NCBI GenBank assembly: GCA_963667785.2 | Contig: CAXXMU010000001.1 | Coordinates: 320,001 to 384,000, forward strand | Length of the DNA stretch: 64,000 nucleotides | Origin: Alphaproteobacteria bacterium | GTDB taxonomy: Bacteria; Pseudomonadota; Alphaproteobacteria; UBA828 | Reading direction: 5' to 3' | In this document: positions 23,108-31,608 of the stretch, piece by piece | Numbering within the stretch: the stretch's first letter is position 1 | Layout: each line of letters starts with the position of its first letter | Program-made: the position numbers and the translations under genes | The notes under the pieces: model-generated | What the model saw: only the letters and a program-made list of their open reading frames with translations | What the model was told of the DNA's origin: nothing | Databases searched by the model: none

Positions 23108-23181
23108 CATGCGCCGCGCTCGCGACCTTTCAGGCGCGAGCGACCATGTACCGCGCTCGTGACTTTGCAGGCACGACCGAC
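23108..23181. repeat. Two tandem 37-bp hairpin-forming repeats (30/37 identical)
   Basis: CATGCGCCGCGCTCGCGACCTTTCAGGCGCGAGCGAC / CATGTACCGCGCTCGTGACTTTGCAGGCACGACCGAC. Confidence 0.65.
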
Positions 23182-23328
23182 TCAGGCGCGAGTGACCCCG
23201 GACCATGGTGCGGTGCACGGCACGCGGTGCCGGTGACATGCTCGCGCCATGCAGCGCGTGAGAGAACGGGGCGGGGCAGACGGGGCGACGGGGCAGCCGC
23301 CCGGCGCCATCTCGCGGTCTCGGGATTC

Positions 23329-23548
23329 ATCCCGGATAACCCGCCCGATATCCCAGCGGAATCCCACCTTCTTCGGAGAATGTCCCGCGCGGAATCCCTT
23401 GCCATCCCGGCGAATCCCGGCAAAGGGGGGGCACTGCCGAATCCCACTTTCGCCCCGCGTCCGGGTCCGGCGCGAGCACCCCGCCGCGGCCGCCGTTCGA
23501 CACCCCGCCGTGCCGCTTCGTGCCGCTTTGTGCCGGCTTGTGCCGCCC
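23329..23548. repeat. Helically phased short motifs: ATCCC-like at ~10-11 bp spacing, then four GTGCCG at exactly 10 bp
   Basis: ATCCC at 23329, 23350, 23361, 23394, 23404, 23414 and 23441, with variants at 23338 and 23382; GTGCCG at 23510, 23520, 23530 and 23540. Confidence 0.7.
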
Positions 23549-23634
23549 AAAACTAATTCGCGGGGTGTGTCACTTTGCGCCCCCGCCGCCCGGCCGCGCG
23601 TCGCGTCGGCCATGACCCTGGTGAGATGCGCGGG

Positions 23635-24135
23635 CTAGCGCTTCAGGCCGGCGAGGTCCCAGCCCACCTGGTTGTACATGTCCGGCGCATTCCAGAGCCC
23701 GCGCAGGTACTTGATCCTGCCCTGCTCGACGAAGCAGATCTGGGAGAACTGGCAGTCGAAGCGGCGCCCGGTGCCGGGCAGGCCGAAATAGTCCTTGGTG
23801 ATGGTGCCGCTCATCCAGCCCATGTCGCACACGACATCGCCCTGGACGCAGAACGCTTCGATGTAGAGCGAGAGGTCCGGCACCGCATCCAGCCAGCCGC
23901 CGCCGAATTCGCGGATCGCGGCGTGGCCCACAGCCGGCGGCAGGGTGATGTCGTGATAGACCCCGTCGTCCGCCATGACGGCGACGACCTCGTCGATGTC
24001 CTGGCGCGACCAGCCCCGGCACTGGCGCCAGAGGAGCGCCAGATTGTCCCGCTCGGCCTCGCTCAGGTCGCCAAAACTCTCGATCGGCTCGTCCAGCAGG
24101 TTTCGGTCGCTCATCAACCAGTCGCGCGTGTCCAT
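23635..24135 (-). CDS. NTF2-like/SnoaL-like protein (ester cyclase or epoxide hydrolase fold)
   Basis: WSRQDIDEV..MADDGVYHD..PAVGHAAI, GLPGTGRRF, GRIK..RGLWN; alternative start at 24114. Confidence 0.8.
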   Translation of the reverse strand: MDTRDWLMSDRNLLDEPIESFGDLSEAERDNLALLWRQCRGWSRQDIDEVVAVMADDGVYHDITLPPAVGHAAIREFGGGWLDAVPDLSLYIEAFCVQGDVVCDMGWMSGTITKDYFGLPGTGRRFDCQFSQICFVEQGRIKYLRGLWNAPDMYNQVGWDLAGLKR

Positions 24136-24189
24136 GCGTCACTCCCTTATCCGCCCCGCCGTGCGGCCCGCCGGCCGGAGCGCGCCTTA

Positions 24190-24461
24190 CTAGCCCGTAT
24201 TTCTTACCACGGTCGCGGCCTGCGTCGCGTCCAGGCGTTCGATCCGCTAGGAGCGGGCCGAAAAGCGTATCAGGGAATACGGTTGAGGTCCGCGACGCCG
24301 CGGGCGGGCGCCTGGGCGCGACCCGAAGGGCGGCGCCCTCCGGCCGACAGGGTTCGTCAAGCCGCTTGCCCGATGTCCCCGCATCGCGCTGCGCGCCTTT
24401 CCTGCCCTGTCGGCCGGACAGCGCCGCGCAGACCAAGACCGTGGTAAGAAATGCGGGCCAG
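24190..24461. mobile_element. 272-bp palindromic repeat/MITE-like element, copy 1
   Basis: Terminal inverted repeat CTAGCCCGTATTTCTTACCACGGTC ... GACCGTGGTAAGAAATGCGGGCCAG; ungapped ~89% match (31 mismatches by hand count) to the inverted copy at 45421-45692. Confidence 0.9.
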
Positions 24462-24564
24462 ACACGATATTCCGGGTCCCTGCACGGCGAATCGCCGCAT
24501 TGTACCGGGGGGTTGTCCGAAATAGGCTTGAGGCCGTGGTGCAGCGCCACAGGGAGGACGTCAC

Positions 24565-25443
24565 ATGATTACAATGAGAACCCGTGTGCTCCGACTATGC
24601 GCGGCCGCCGCGCTCGCCGGTGCGGCCTTCGGCGGCGTGCCGGCGGCGCAGGCGGAGGACGGCAACTGGTACATCGGGGCCACCATGCCCCTCATGTTCA
24701 TCGACGATTCAAAGGCGATCTCCGAGGGGAGCTTCACGCTGCCCGATCCAAGAACCGGGCAACCGGCGACGACCGACTATCGCGCGCAGGTCGAGACCTC
24801 GCACGACACGGGCTTCAAGCTGGGCGGCATGCTCGGCTACGAGTTCGGCGACGGCCTGCGCGTGGAGGGCGAGCTCTTCTTCGCCAGGGCCGACGTCAGC
24901 ACGCTGACTCACAGCAGCATCACGGTGCCCGCGCTCTCCCTCACCCTCCAGGACGAGGTCGCCATTCCCGTGACGGGCTCGGGCGAGCAGCTCGGCGCCA
25001 TGGTGAACGTCTGGTACGACATCGAGACCGACGACGCCTGGACCCCCTTCATCGGCGGCGGGCTGGGCCTGATCCGGATCGACCAGAGCGACCTGAAGTA
25101 CGACACCGGCGCGGTGGCCGGCGCGGTGGCGACGCACCTGAAGCTGCTCGGGGCCCAGCAGGCGGCCCTGGCGATGGGCCTGCCGCCGCCACAAGAGGTG
25201 GACCCGGTCCAGCTTCCGCCGGGGCTCGTGCCGTCGATCTCCTCGGCCGACACGGCGCTCGCCTGGCAGATCGGCATGGGCGTCGGCTACGCGCTGTCGG
25301 ATACCGCGACGCTCCAGTTCGGCTACCGCCTGCAGGCCCTCAACGGCCTGAACTTCAGGGGCAGCAACGCCATGGCGTCGGTGAACGCCGAGACCGACCT
25401 GCGGATCCACTTCCTCGAGATCGGCATCCGCCAGCGCTTCTGA
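24565..25443 (+). CDS. Outer-membrane beta-barrel protein (opacity/Msp2-like surface antigen)
   Basis: Signal peptide ending AQA; WYIG, GYEFGDGLRVEGE, MVNVWYDI, PFIGGGLG, AWQIGMGVGY, C-terminal GIRQRF. Confidence 0.85.
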   Translation: MITMRTRVLRLCAAAALAGAAFGGVPAAQAEDGNWYIGATMPLMFIDDSKAISEGSFTLPDPRTGQPATTDYRAQVETSHDTGFKLGGMLGYEFGDGLRVEGELFFARADVSTLTHSSITVPALSLTLQDEVAIPVTGSGEQLGAMVNVWYDIETDDAWTPFIGGGLGLIRIDQSDLKYDTGAVAGAVATHLKLLGAQQAALAMGLPPPQEVDPVQLPPGLVPSISSADTALAWQIGMGVGYALSDTATLQFGYRLQALNGLNFRGSNAMASVNAETDLRIHFLEIGIRQRF

Positions 25444-25497
25444 GGCGCCGCCGTCCGCCGGCGCGCGCCTTCCGCGCCGCGCCGTCACGGCTCGGGA

Positions 25498-26790
25498 CTA
25501 CGGCTCGGGATAGGCGTCGAAGGCGATGCCGATGCGCTCGCCCGGCCCCTCGAAGGGCAGGGTGCCGTGGAAGACGTACGACGGGAAGAGCAGCGCCGTG
25601 CCGGCACGCGGCGGGTGGCTGACGCAGCGGACCTCGCTGCCCTCGGGCAGGGCGTGGTCGGGCCGGCCGAACTCGAGCCAGCCGCTCCGGTCGCTGTCGT
25701 CGTTGGCGTCGCCGCTGCCGTCTCCGCCGACCTGTGCCGGCACCGCCACGTAGCAGACCCCGCTCAGCCACGCGCCCTCGTGGATGTGCGGCGGGTGCCG
25801 GCCGCCTTCCTTCAGGATCGAGGCGATGAGCGTGAGCCGGTAGCGGCGGGGGATGCGGGCGAGGAAGGGGCTCTCCGGCTCGGGCCAGAGCGTCTCCCGC
25901 CAGGCGTCGATGGCGGCACGCAGCGCGCGCTCCAGGTCGCGGACGGGCGCGCTCGGCGCGGCCAGCAGGTCCTGGGTCACCGCCCCGTTGCGGGTGACGC
26001 GGTTGGGCGGCTCCCAGACGAGGGAGGGCGCCTCGCGCACCGCCCGCGCCAGCGCCTCGTTGAAGGCCGCGCCGTCGCCATAGCCGGGCGGCGGGGCGAG
26101 CGAGACCCGGGTGACGAAGCGCTCGAAGTCGTAGAGGCGCAGCCCTGCCTCCCGATCGCCGCCGACCTGCTCGGCGAGCGCCCGGGTCGCCAGCGCGTTC
26201 TGGCAGAAGGGATCGAGGGCGAGCGCCGCGGCGCAGGCCTCCAGCGCACCCGCCACCGCGCCGAGGGCTAGGCGGGTCCGCGCCAGCCGGTAATGCGCCT
26301 GCAGGGCGCCTGCATCGAGGGCGATGGCGCGCAGATAGGCCGCCTCCGCCTCCGCCCAGGCGCCCGCCGCGCTCATGGCGTTGCCGAGATTGGTGTGGGC
26401 GTTGGCGTAGTCGGGCCGGAGCGAGACGGCGCGTTCCAGCGCGCCGCGGGCCTCGGCGGTGCGCCCGGTCTCGAGCAGGAGGAGGCCCAGGCTGTTGTGC
26501 GCCTCGGCGTATTCTGGCGCCGCCTCGGTCGCCTGGCGCAGCAGCACCGCCGCGTCCTCGAAGCGGCTGCAGCGATAGCGGGCGACGCCGGCATAGTGCA
26601 GCACGCTCGGATCGCCCGCGCCCTCGCCCGCCAGCAGCCGGGAGAGGAGCTGGTCCGCCCGCTGCGGCCTTCCCTCCTGCATGTGCCGCACCGCGCGGGC
26701 GAGCACGTCGGCCCGCCCGTCCTCCCGGCCCTTGCGCTTCGCGGTGCCGGCGCTGGCGGCCGAGTGCCGTCGTCTCGCTTGCCGGTTCAT
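25498..26790 (-). CDS. TPR-repeat protein fused to a putative 2OG-Fe(II) oxygenase domain
   Basis: TPRs (PEYAEAHNSLG, PDYANAHTNLG); HPPHIH..AWLSGVCYV, LFPSYVFHGT, RIGIAFD. Confidence 0.88.
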   Translation of the reverse strand: MNRQARRRHSAASAGTAKRKGREDGRADVLARAVRHMQEGRPQRADQLLSRLLAGEGAGDPSVLHYAGVARYRCSRFEDAAVLLRQATEAAPEYAEAHNSLGLLLLETGRTAEARGALERAVSLRPDYANAHTNLGNAMSAAGAWAEAEAAYLRAIALDAGALQAHYRLARTRLALGAVAGALEACAAALALDPFCQNALATRALAEQVGGDREAGLRLYDFERFVTRVSLAPPPGYGDGAAFNEALARAVREAPSLVWEPPNRVTRNGAVTQDLLAAPSAPVRDLERALRAAIDAWRETLWPEPESPFLARIPRRYRLTLIASILKEGGRHPPHIHEGAWLSGVCYVAVPAQVGGDGSGDANDDSDRSGWLEFGRPDHALPEGSEVRCVSHPPRAGTALLFPSYVFHGTLPFEGPGERIGIAFDAYPEP

Positions 26791-26896
26791 CCTGCCCGCC
26801 GCCGTCCCGTCCGGGCGACTGCGCGCCCCTCCGTCCGGCGCGGCGTCGCGGCCGCTGCGCCGGCCCCTGGGTCCTGCCCGTTTCGCCCGGCGGCGC

Positions 26897-27028
26897 TCAG
26901 CGGGCCGTCAGGCCCACGTTGATGAGCGGCGTTTCCAGGGCGGAGCCGAGAATGATCATCAGGGCCAGGAAGACCCAGAACACGTTGTCGGCGCAGAGCC
27001 GGAGGATGCGCTTCATCTGTGGGTTCAT
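26897..27028 (-). CDS. Putative 43-aa single-TM small protein
   Basis: MNPQMKRILRLCADNVFWVFLALMIILGSALETPLINVGLTAR; RBS AGGGGAG; composition unlike the GC-shadow ORFs. Confidence 0.6.
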   Translation of the reverse strand: MNPQMKRILRLCADNVFWVFLALMIILGSALETPLINVGLTAR

Positions 27029-27148
27029 CGCCGCCGCTCCCCTGTCGCCGCCGGTGCCGGCAGGAGCCATGATTCCAAGTGCAGGGGCGGAACGCAACCG
27101 CCCGTCGCGATACTCCCGGGCAGGCCCAACCTAACAAATGACCGACAG

Positions 27149-27177
27149 TTGACACCGCTGCCGCGCGCGGGGAATAT
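27149..27177 (+). promoter_or_regulatory. Putative sigma70 promoter of the amide ABC/DMFase operon
   Basis: TTGACA-N17-GAATAT about 105 nt upstream of the binding-protein ATG. Confidence 0.55.
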
Positions 27178-27282
27178 CGCCGGCACGAATGCATAGGTTT
27201 GCCTTATCGTCGTGACGGCGGCGGCTTCCGCGTCGCCCGTCGCGGGTGAGGGCATCGGGAGAAACCAACGGAGGTCACTAAC

Positions 27283-28626
27283 ATGCGTGTCAACCGGCGT
27301 ACCATCCTCAAGGGCGCTCTCGCGGGGACGGCCGGCATCGCCGCCACGTTCCCCCACATCTACGTCAAGGACTTCGGCCAGGCCTGGGGCGCGAAGCCCT
27401 GGATCTACAACGACGAGCCGATCAAGGTCGGCATGCTGTGGTCGCAGACCGGCAACCTCTCGGTCGTCGAGAACGATTCCACCCAGGTCTCGCTCTACGC
27501 GGTCGACGAGATCAACGCGGCGGGCGGCATCGCCGGCAAGATGGTCGAGCCGGTGGTGGTCGACGCCAAGTCCGACATCAAGGTCTACTCGGAGAAGATC
27601 ACGCAGCTCATTCTCCGCGACCGCGTGGTCTCGGTGCACGGCAGCTACACCTCGGCGAGCCGGCGTGCGGTCATGCCGATCGTGATGAAGTGGGACCACC
27701 TCTACTACTACCCGACCTGCTACGAGGGCCGGGAGTGCATGCAGAACATCATCAACACCGGGCCGCTGGCCAACCAGCATTCCTTCGACCTGGTGCCGTT
27801 CATGGTGCAGAATTTCGGCCCCAAGACCTACCTGGTCGGCTCCAACTACATCTGGCCGAAAGAGTCCAACAAGAACGTCAAGGTCTGGCTGGAGCGGGCC
27901 GGCGGCGAGGTGCTGGGCGAGGACTACATCCCCCTCGGCGGTTCCGAGTTCGCGCCGGTCTTCAACAAGATCCGCCAGCAGCAGCCGGACTGGATCATGT
28001 CCACTGTCGTGGGCGATTCCGACATCGCCCTGCACCGGCAGTTCCTGCAGGAAGGCTTCAAGTCCGACAAGACGCCGATCGCATCGCTTACCACCGGTGA
28101 GATCGAGACCCGCGCCATGGGCAACGAGGCCGGCGCCGGTCACTTCCTGTCCGCGCCCTACTTCCAGACGCTGCAGAACCCGACCAACGAGAAGTTCGTT
28201 GAGGGCTATCTCTCGAGCCAGTATGGCGGCGGCGGCGTCACCCACTACAACATGGAAGAGACCTACCTCGGCATCTACGTGTGGAAGAAGGGTGTCGAGC
28301 GCGCTCTCGAGGAGACCGGCGGCGACTGGGAAGCCATCACGCCGCGCATGATCCGCGACGTCAGCGGCAACTGGCGCGACCAGGGCCCGGTGGGGCTCAC
28401 CGACGAGGAGAGCCCGGAGGGCAAGGTCTGGATCGATCCGGACAACTTCAACATCTGGCTCAAGCCCAAGATCGGCCAGTGCGGTGCGGACGGGCAGTTC
28501 ACCATCGTGCGCCAGGCCGACGACCACGTCGGGCCGGATCCCTTCGCGATCTATCCCGAGCGCGGCGTCTGCAAGGCCGACGGGCTGCACCGGCCCGACG
28601 GCTCGATCCAGAAGGACGTTCTGTAA
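27283..28626 (+). CDS. Amide/urea ABC substrate-binding protein (UrtA/FmdD/AmiC-like), Tat-exported
   Basis: NRRTILK Tat signal; INAAGGIAG, GSYTSASR, YPTCYEG.E, NYIWPKESN, SAPYFQTL. Confidence 0.92.
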   Translation: MRVNRRTILKGALAGTAGIAATFPHIYVKDFGQAWGAKPWIYNDEPIKVGMLWSQTGNLSVVENDSTQVSLYAVDEINAAGGIAGKMVEPVVVDAKSDIKVYSEKITQLILRDRVVSVHGSYTSASRRAVMPIVMKWDHLYYYPTCYEGRECMQNIINTGPLANQHSFDLVPFMVQNFGPKTYLVGSNYIWPKESNKNVKVWLERAGGEVLGEDYIPLGGSEFAPVFNKIRQQQPDWIMSTVVGDSDIALHRQFLQEGFKSDKTPIASLTTGEIETRAMGNEAGAGHFLSAPYFQTLQNPTNEKFVEGYLSSQYGGGGVTHYNMEETYLGIYVWKKGVERALEETGGDWEAITPRMIRDVSGNWRDQGPVGLTDEESPEGKVWIDPDNFNIWLKPKIGQCGADGQFTIVRQADDHVGPDPFAIYPERGVCKADGLHRPDGSIQKDVL

Positions 28627-28650
28627 GGGGCCTGTTCGATCTGGTAGTGT

Positions 28651-28678
28651 CGGGGCGGAGGGCACATCCTCCGCCCCG
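28651..28678 (+). other. Intercistronic GC hairpin (mRNA stabiliser or attenuator) after the binding-protein gene
   Basis: CGGGGCGGAGG-GCACAT-CCTCCGCCCCG, 11-bp stem, no U-tract. Confidence 0.55.
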
Positions 28679-28778
28679 CCGCTCCCCGGCGGGGGCGGCG
28701 GCCGGCTGACCTTTCGGGCACGCACCCGCGGGGCAGCGCCGGCAGGGCCGTGAGAGGGAGAGAGGCGGGACTCAGTTC

Positions 28779-29681
28779 ATGAGCGTCCACGATTTCTGGA
28801 CACCCTTCGCCGCTGAACCGTTCATTAATGCGCTGATCATCGGCCTCAGCCTGGCCAGCATCTGGCTGGTCGCGGCGCTGGGGCTCACCATCATCTACGG
28901 CACCATGGGCGTCATCAACATGGCCCATGGCGAGTTCATCATGCTGGGCGCCTACTTCACGTGGATCCTGCAGTATTTCGGCGGGTTCCCCTGGCTGCTC
29001 TGCCTGCCCGTCTCCTTCATCCTCGTCGGCTTCATCGGCTGGCTGGTCGAACGCGGGCTCATACGACACTTGTACGACCGACCATTGGACACGCTCCTCG
29101 CGACATGGGGCGTCTCCTTGGTCTTCATCCAGAGCATCCGGCTGATCTTCGGCGGCGAGCCGCAATACGTCGAGGTGCCCGACTGGCTGACCAGCGTGAT
29201 GACGATCGACTTCGTCCACGTGCCGTGGCTGAGGATCTTCATCTTCTTCGCGGCGCTGGCGCTGGTGGCCATGACCTGGGCGATCCTGTTCAAGACCAAT
29301 ATCGGCATCCAGGTTCGCGCGGTGATGCAGAACCCGCAGATGGCGGCGTCCTTCGGCATCAATTCGAGCCGGGTCTACGGCCTCACCTTCGCCTACGGGG
29401 CGGGCCTCGCGGGCATCTCCGGCTCCATGTTCGCGGGCCTCAAGACGATCTTTCCGGACATGGGGCTGGGCTACGTGGTCGAGGCCTTCCTCGTGGTGGT
29501 GACGGGCGGCGGCGAGCTCTTCGGCAGCCTGGCGACCGCCGGCATCATGGGCGAGATGTTCTCGATCTTCTCCTACTTCACCAACGACACGTTCGCCCGC
29601 TTCGTGCTGTTCATCCTGATCGTGATCTTCCTCAGGTTCCGGCCGCAGGGCATCTTCGCGCCCAGCATGGCGCGGCGCTAG
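28779..29681 (+). CDS. urtB: Urea/amide ABC permease, UrtB-like
   Basis: ALGLTIIYGTMGVINMAHGEFIMLGAY, LYDRPLDTLLATWG, RAVMQNPQMA, RFRPQG. Confidence 0.88.
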   Translation: MSVHDFWTPFAAEPFINALIIGLSLASIWLVAALGLTIIYGTMGVINMAHGEFIMLGAYFTWILQYFGGFPWLLCLPVSFILVGFIGWLVERGLIRHLYDRPLDTLLATWGVSLVFIQSIRLIFGGEPQYVEVPDWLTSVMTIDFVHVPWLRIFIFFAALALVAMTWAILFKTNIGIQVRAVMQNPQMAASFGINSSRVYGLTFAYGAGLAGISGSMFAGLKTIFPDMGLGYVVEAFLVVVTGGGELFGSLATAGIMGEMFSIFSYFTNDTFARFVLFILIVIFLRFRPQGIFAPSMARR

Positions 29682-29697
29682 GAGCGGGGCGCACGTC

Positions 29698-30840
29698 ATG
29701 CTGTTGGAACGGTTGAGGCTGGAGCCGACGGCGCAGCGCCAGAACCTCTACCACGACAAGCGCGCGCAGTGGGCGATGTACGTCGTCGCCTTCGGCGCGC
29801 TCGCCACCATCCCGCTGTTCATGGGCGACGACCCCTTCGCCCTCAACCAGTTCGCGCGCTACGGCGTCTTCGGCATGCTGGCGCTCTCGGTCAGCCTGGT
29901 GTGGGGCTTCGGCGGCATCCTCAGCCTCGGCCAGGGGATCGCCTTCGGCATGGCGGCCTACGGCATGGGCGCCACCATGCAGATGCAGTACCAGGATCCG
30001 GAGTACGACCCGATCCCGAGCTTCATGCTGACCAACGAGCTCGAGAAGCTGCCGACGGTGTGGGAGCCGTTCTGGCATACCGAGGTCGGGCTGATCCTGG
30101 CGCTCGGAATCCCGACGCTCTTCTTCGTCATCTTCGGCATCCTGATGTTCCAGGCGCGGCTTGCCGGTGCGTTCGTCGCCATCATGACGCTCGCCATGCT
30201 CGGCGCCTGGTACAACATGGCCTACGACATGCAGCCGTTTACGGCGGGCTTCAACGGCATCTCGCCGCCCAACTCGTTCCAGGCGTTCGGCGTCGACGTC
30301 GACCCCTACAGCAGCATGATCTACTGGGTGGCGCTCGGCGTGCTCGCCGCACTCACCCTCGGAACCAAGGCGCTGCTCGCCAGCAAGTTCGGCACCATCA
30401 TCCAGGCGATACGAGACGACCCCGAACGAGCGCGCTTCCTCGGCTACAACGTCGCCTTCTACCAGGTGACGGTGTTCACGATCTCCGGCCTGATCGCGGC
30501 GATCGCGGGCATCGTCTGGGTGATGATCGTCCAGTACGTCTCGCCGACCTCGCTGGAGATCTTCTTCAGCATCACCATGGTGATCTGGGCGGCCGTCGGC
30601 GGCAGGCTCTCGCTCTTCGGCGCGATCTTCGGCGCGATCTTCATCAACACGATCCAGAGCTACGTGGGCGACGAGTTCCAGGCCGCCTGGTTCGTGATCC
30701 TCGGCACGATCTTCATCGTCGTCGTGCGATTCCTGCCGAAGGGGATCGCCGGCCTGTTCGAGATGATCGTCGGCCTCGTCCCCTATCGCGGCCGCGCGCC
30801 GGTCCAGCCGTCGCTCGGCCCGCGGCGGGCGTCGGACTAG
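29698..30840 (+). CDS. urtC: Urea/amide ABC permease, UrtC-like
   Basis: LVWGFGGILSLGQG, PSFM...LP..WEPF insert, AIRDDPERARFLGY, VIWAAVGGR. Confidence 0.88.
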   Translation: MLLERLRLEPTAQRQNLYHDKRAQWAMYVVAFGALATIPLFMGDDPFALNQFARYGVFGMLALSVSLVWGFGGILSLGQGIAFGMAAYGMGATMQMQYQDPEYDPIPSFMLTNELEKLPTVWEPFWHTEVGLILALGIPTLFFVIFGILMFQARLAGAFVAIMTLAMLGAWYNMAYDMQPFTAGFNGISPPNSFQAFGVDVDPYSSMIYWVALGVLAALTLGTKALLASKFGTIIQAIRDDPERARFLGYNVAFYQVTVFTISGLIAAIAGIVWVMIVQYVSPTSLEIFFSITMVIWAAVGGRLSLFGAIFGAIFINTIQSYVGDEFQAAWFVILGTIFIVVVRFLPKGIAGLFEMIVGLVPYRGRAPVQPSLGPRRASD

Positions 30841-30846
30841 GAGGGC

Positions 30847-31608
30847 GTGGAGGTGGCTGCCATCCTGGAGGTCACGGACCTGACCAAGGCCTATGACGAG
30901 TACAAGGTCGTCGACGGCTTCAGCTTCCAGGTCGAGGAGGGCGAGCTGCGCTGCCTGCTCGGGCCCAACGGTGCCGGAAAGACCACGACGATGGACCTGA
31001 TCACCGGTCGCCAGAAGGTGACGGGTGGCAAGATCATGTTCCAGGGCCGCGACATCACGGGCCTGACGGAGCACCGGATCGTCAAGCACGGGATCGGCCG
31101 CAAGTTCCAGGTGCCGGCGGTGTTCAGGGACCTCACCGTGCGCGAGAACCTGCAGGTCGCCAACACGCAAAACACCAACCCCTTCATCAACATGATCACC
31201 TACCGCCAGCGGGCGGGGCGCGAGAGGCTCGGCGAGATCGCCGAGCTGGTCGGGCTGGAGGAGCGGCTGGACGAGCTCGGCGGCAACCTGAGCCACGGCG
31301 AGACCCAGTGGCTCGAGATCGGCATGGTGCTCACTCAGGATCCGAGGCTCCTGCTCATGGACGAGCCCACCGCCGGCATGACCGAGCAGGAGACCCACCG
31401 CACCTCCGAGATCTTCAACCGCCTCAAGGGAACGCACACGCTGGTCGTGGTCGAGCACGACATGGCCTTCGTGCGCGAGATCGCCGACATCATCACGCTC
31501 ATGCACCTGGGCAAGACCCTGGCGGAGGGCCCCATGCACGAGGTGGAAAACGATCCGAAGGTGCGCGAGGTCTATCTCGGCGCCGAGGGCATCAGCGATG
31601 CTGCTTGA
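30847..31608 (+). CDS. urtD: Urea/amide ABC ATPase, UrtD-like
   Basis: GPNGAGKTT, GIGRKFQ.P, LSHGETQWLEIGM, DEPTAGM, VREVYLG. Confidence 0.92.
   Translation: MEVAAILEVTDLTKAYDEYKVVDGFSFQVEEGELRCLLGPNGAGKTTTMDLITGRQKVTGGKIMFQGRDITGLTEHRIVKHGIGRKFQVPAVFRDLTVRENLQVANTQNTNPFINMITYRQRAGRERLGEIAELVGLEERLDELGGNLSHGETQWLEIGMVLTQDPRLLLMDEPTAGMTEQETHRTSEIFNRLKGTHTLVVVEHDMAFVREIADIITLMHLGKTLAEGPMHEVENDPKVREVYLGAEGISDAA

Noticed and set aside
23108-23196. 37-bp hairpin repeats as a CRISPR array
   Set aside because: Units are directly adjacent with no spacers, only two degenerate copies, and no cas genes
22955-23638. ORFs in the arsR-SnoaL gap
   Set aside because: No RBS, low-complexity translations, and a 10-bp repeat period inconsistent with coding
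27178-27282. ANTAR (AmiR/NasT) dual-hairpin or riboswitch in the amide operon leader
   Set aside because: Could not find two stems with ANNGNN hexaloops or a terminator; only a generic GC hairpin
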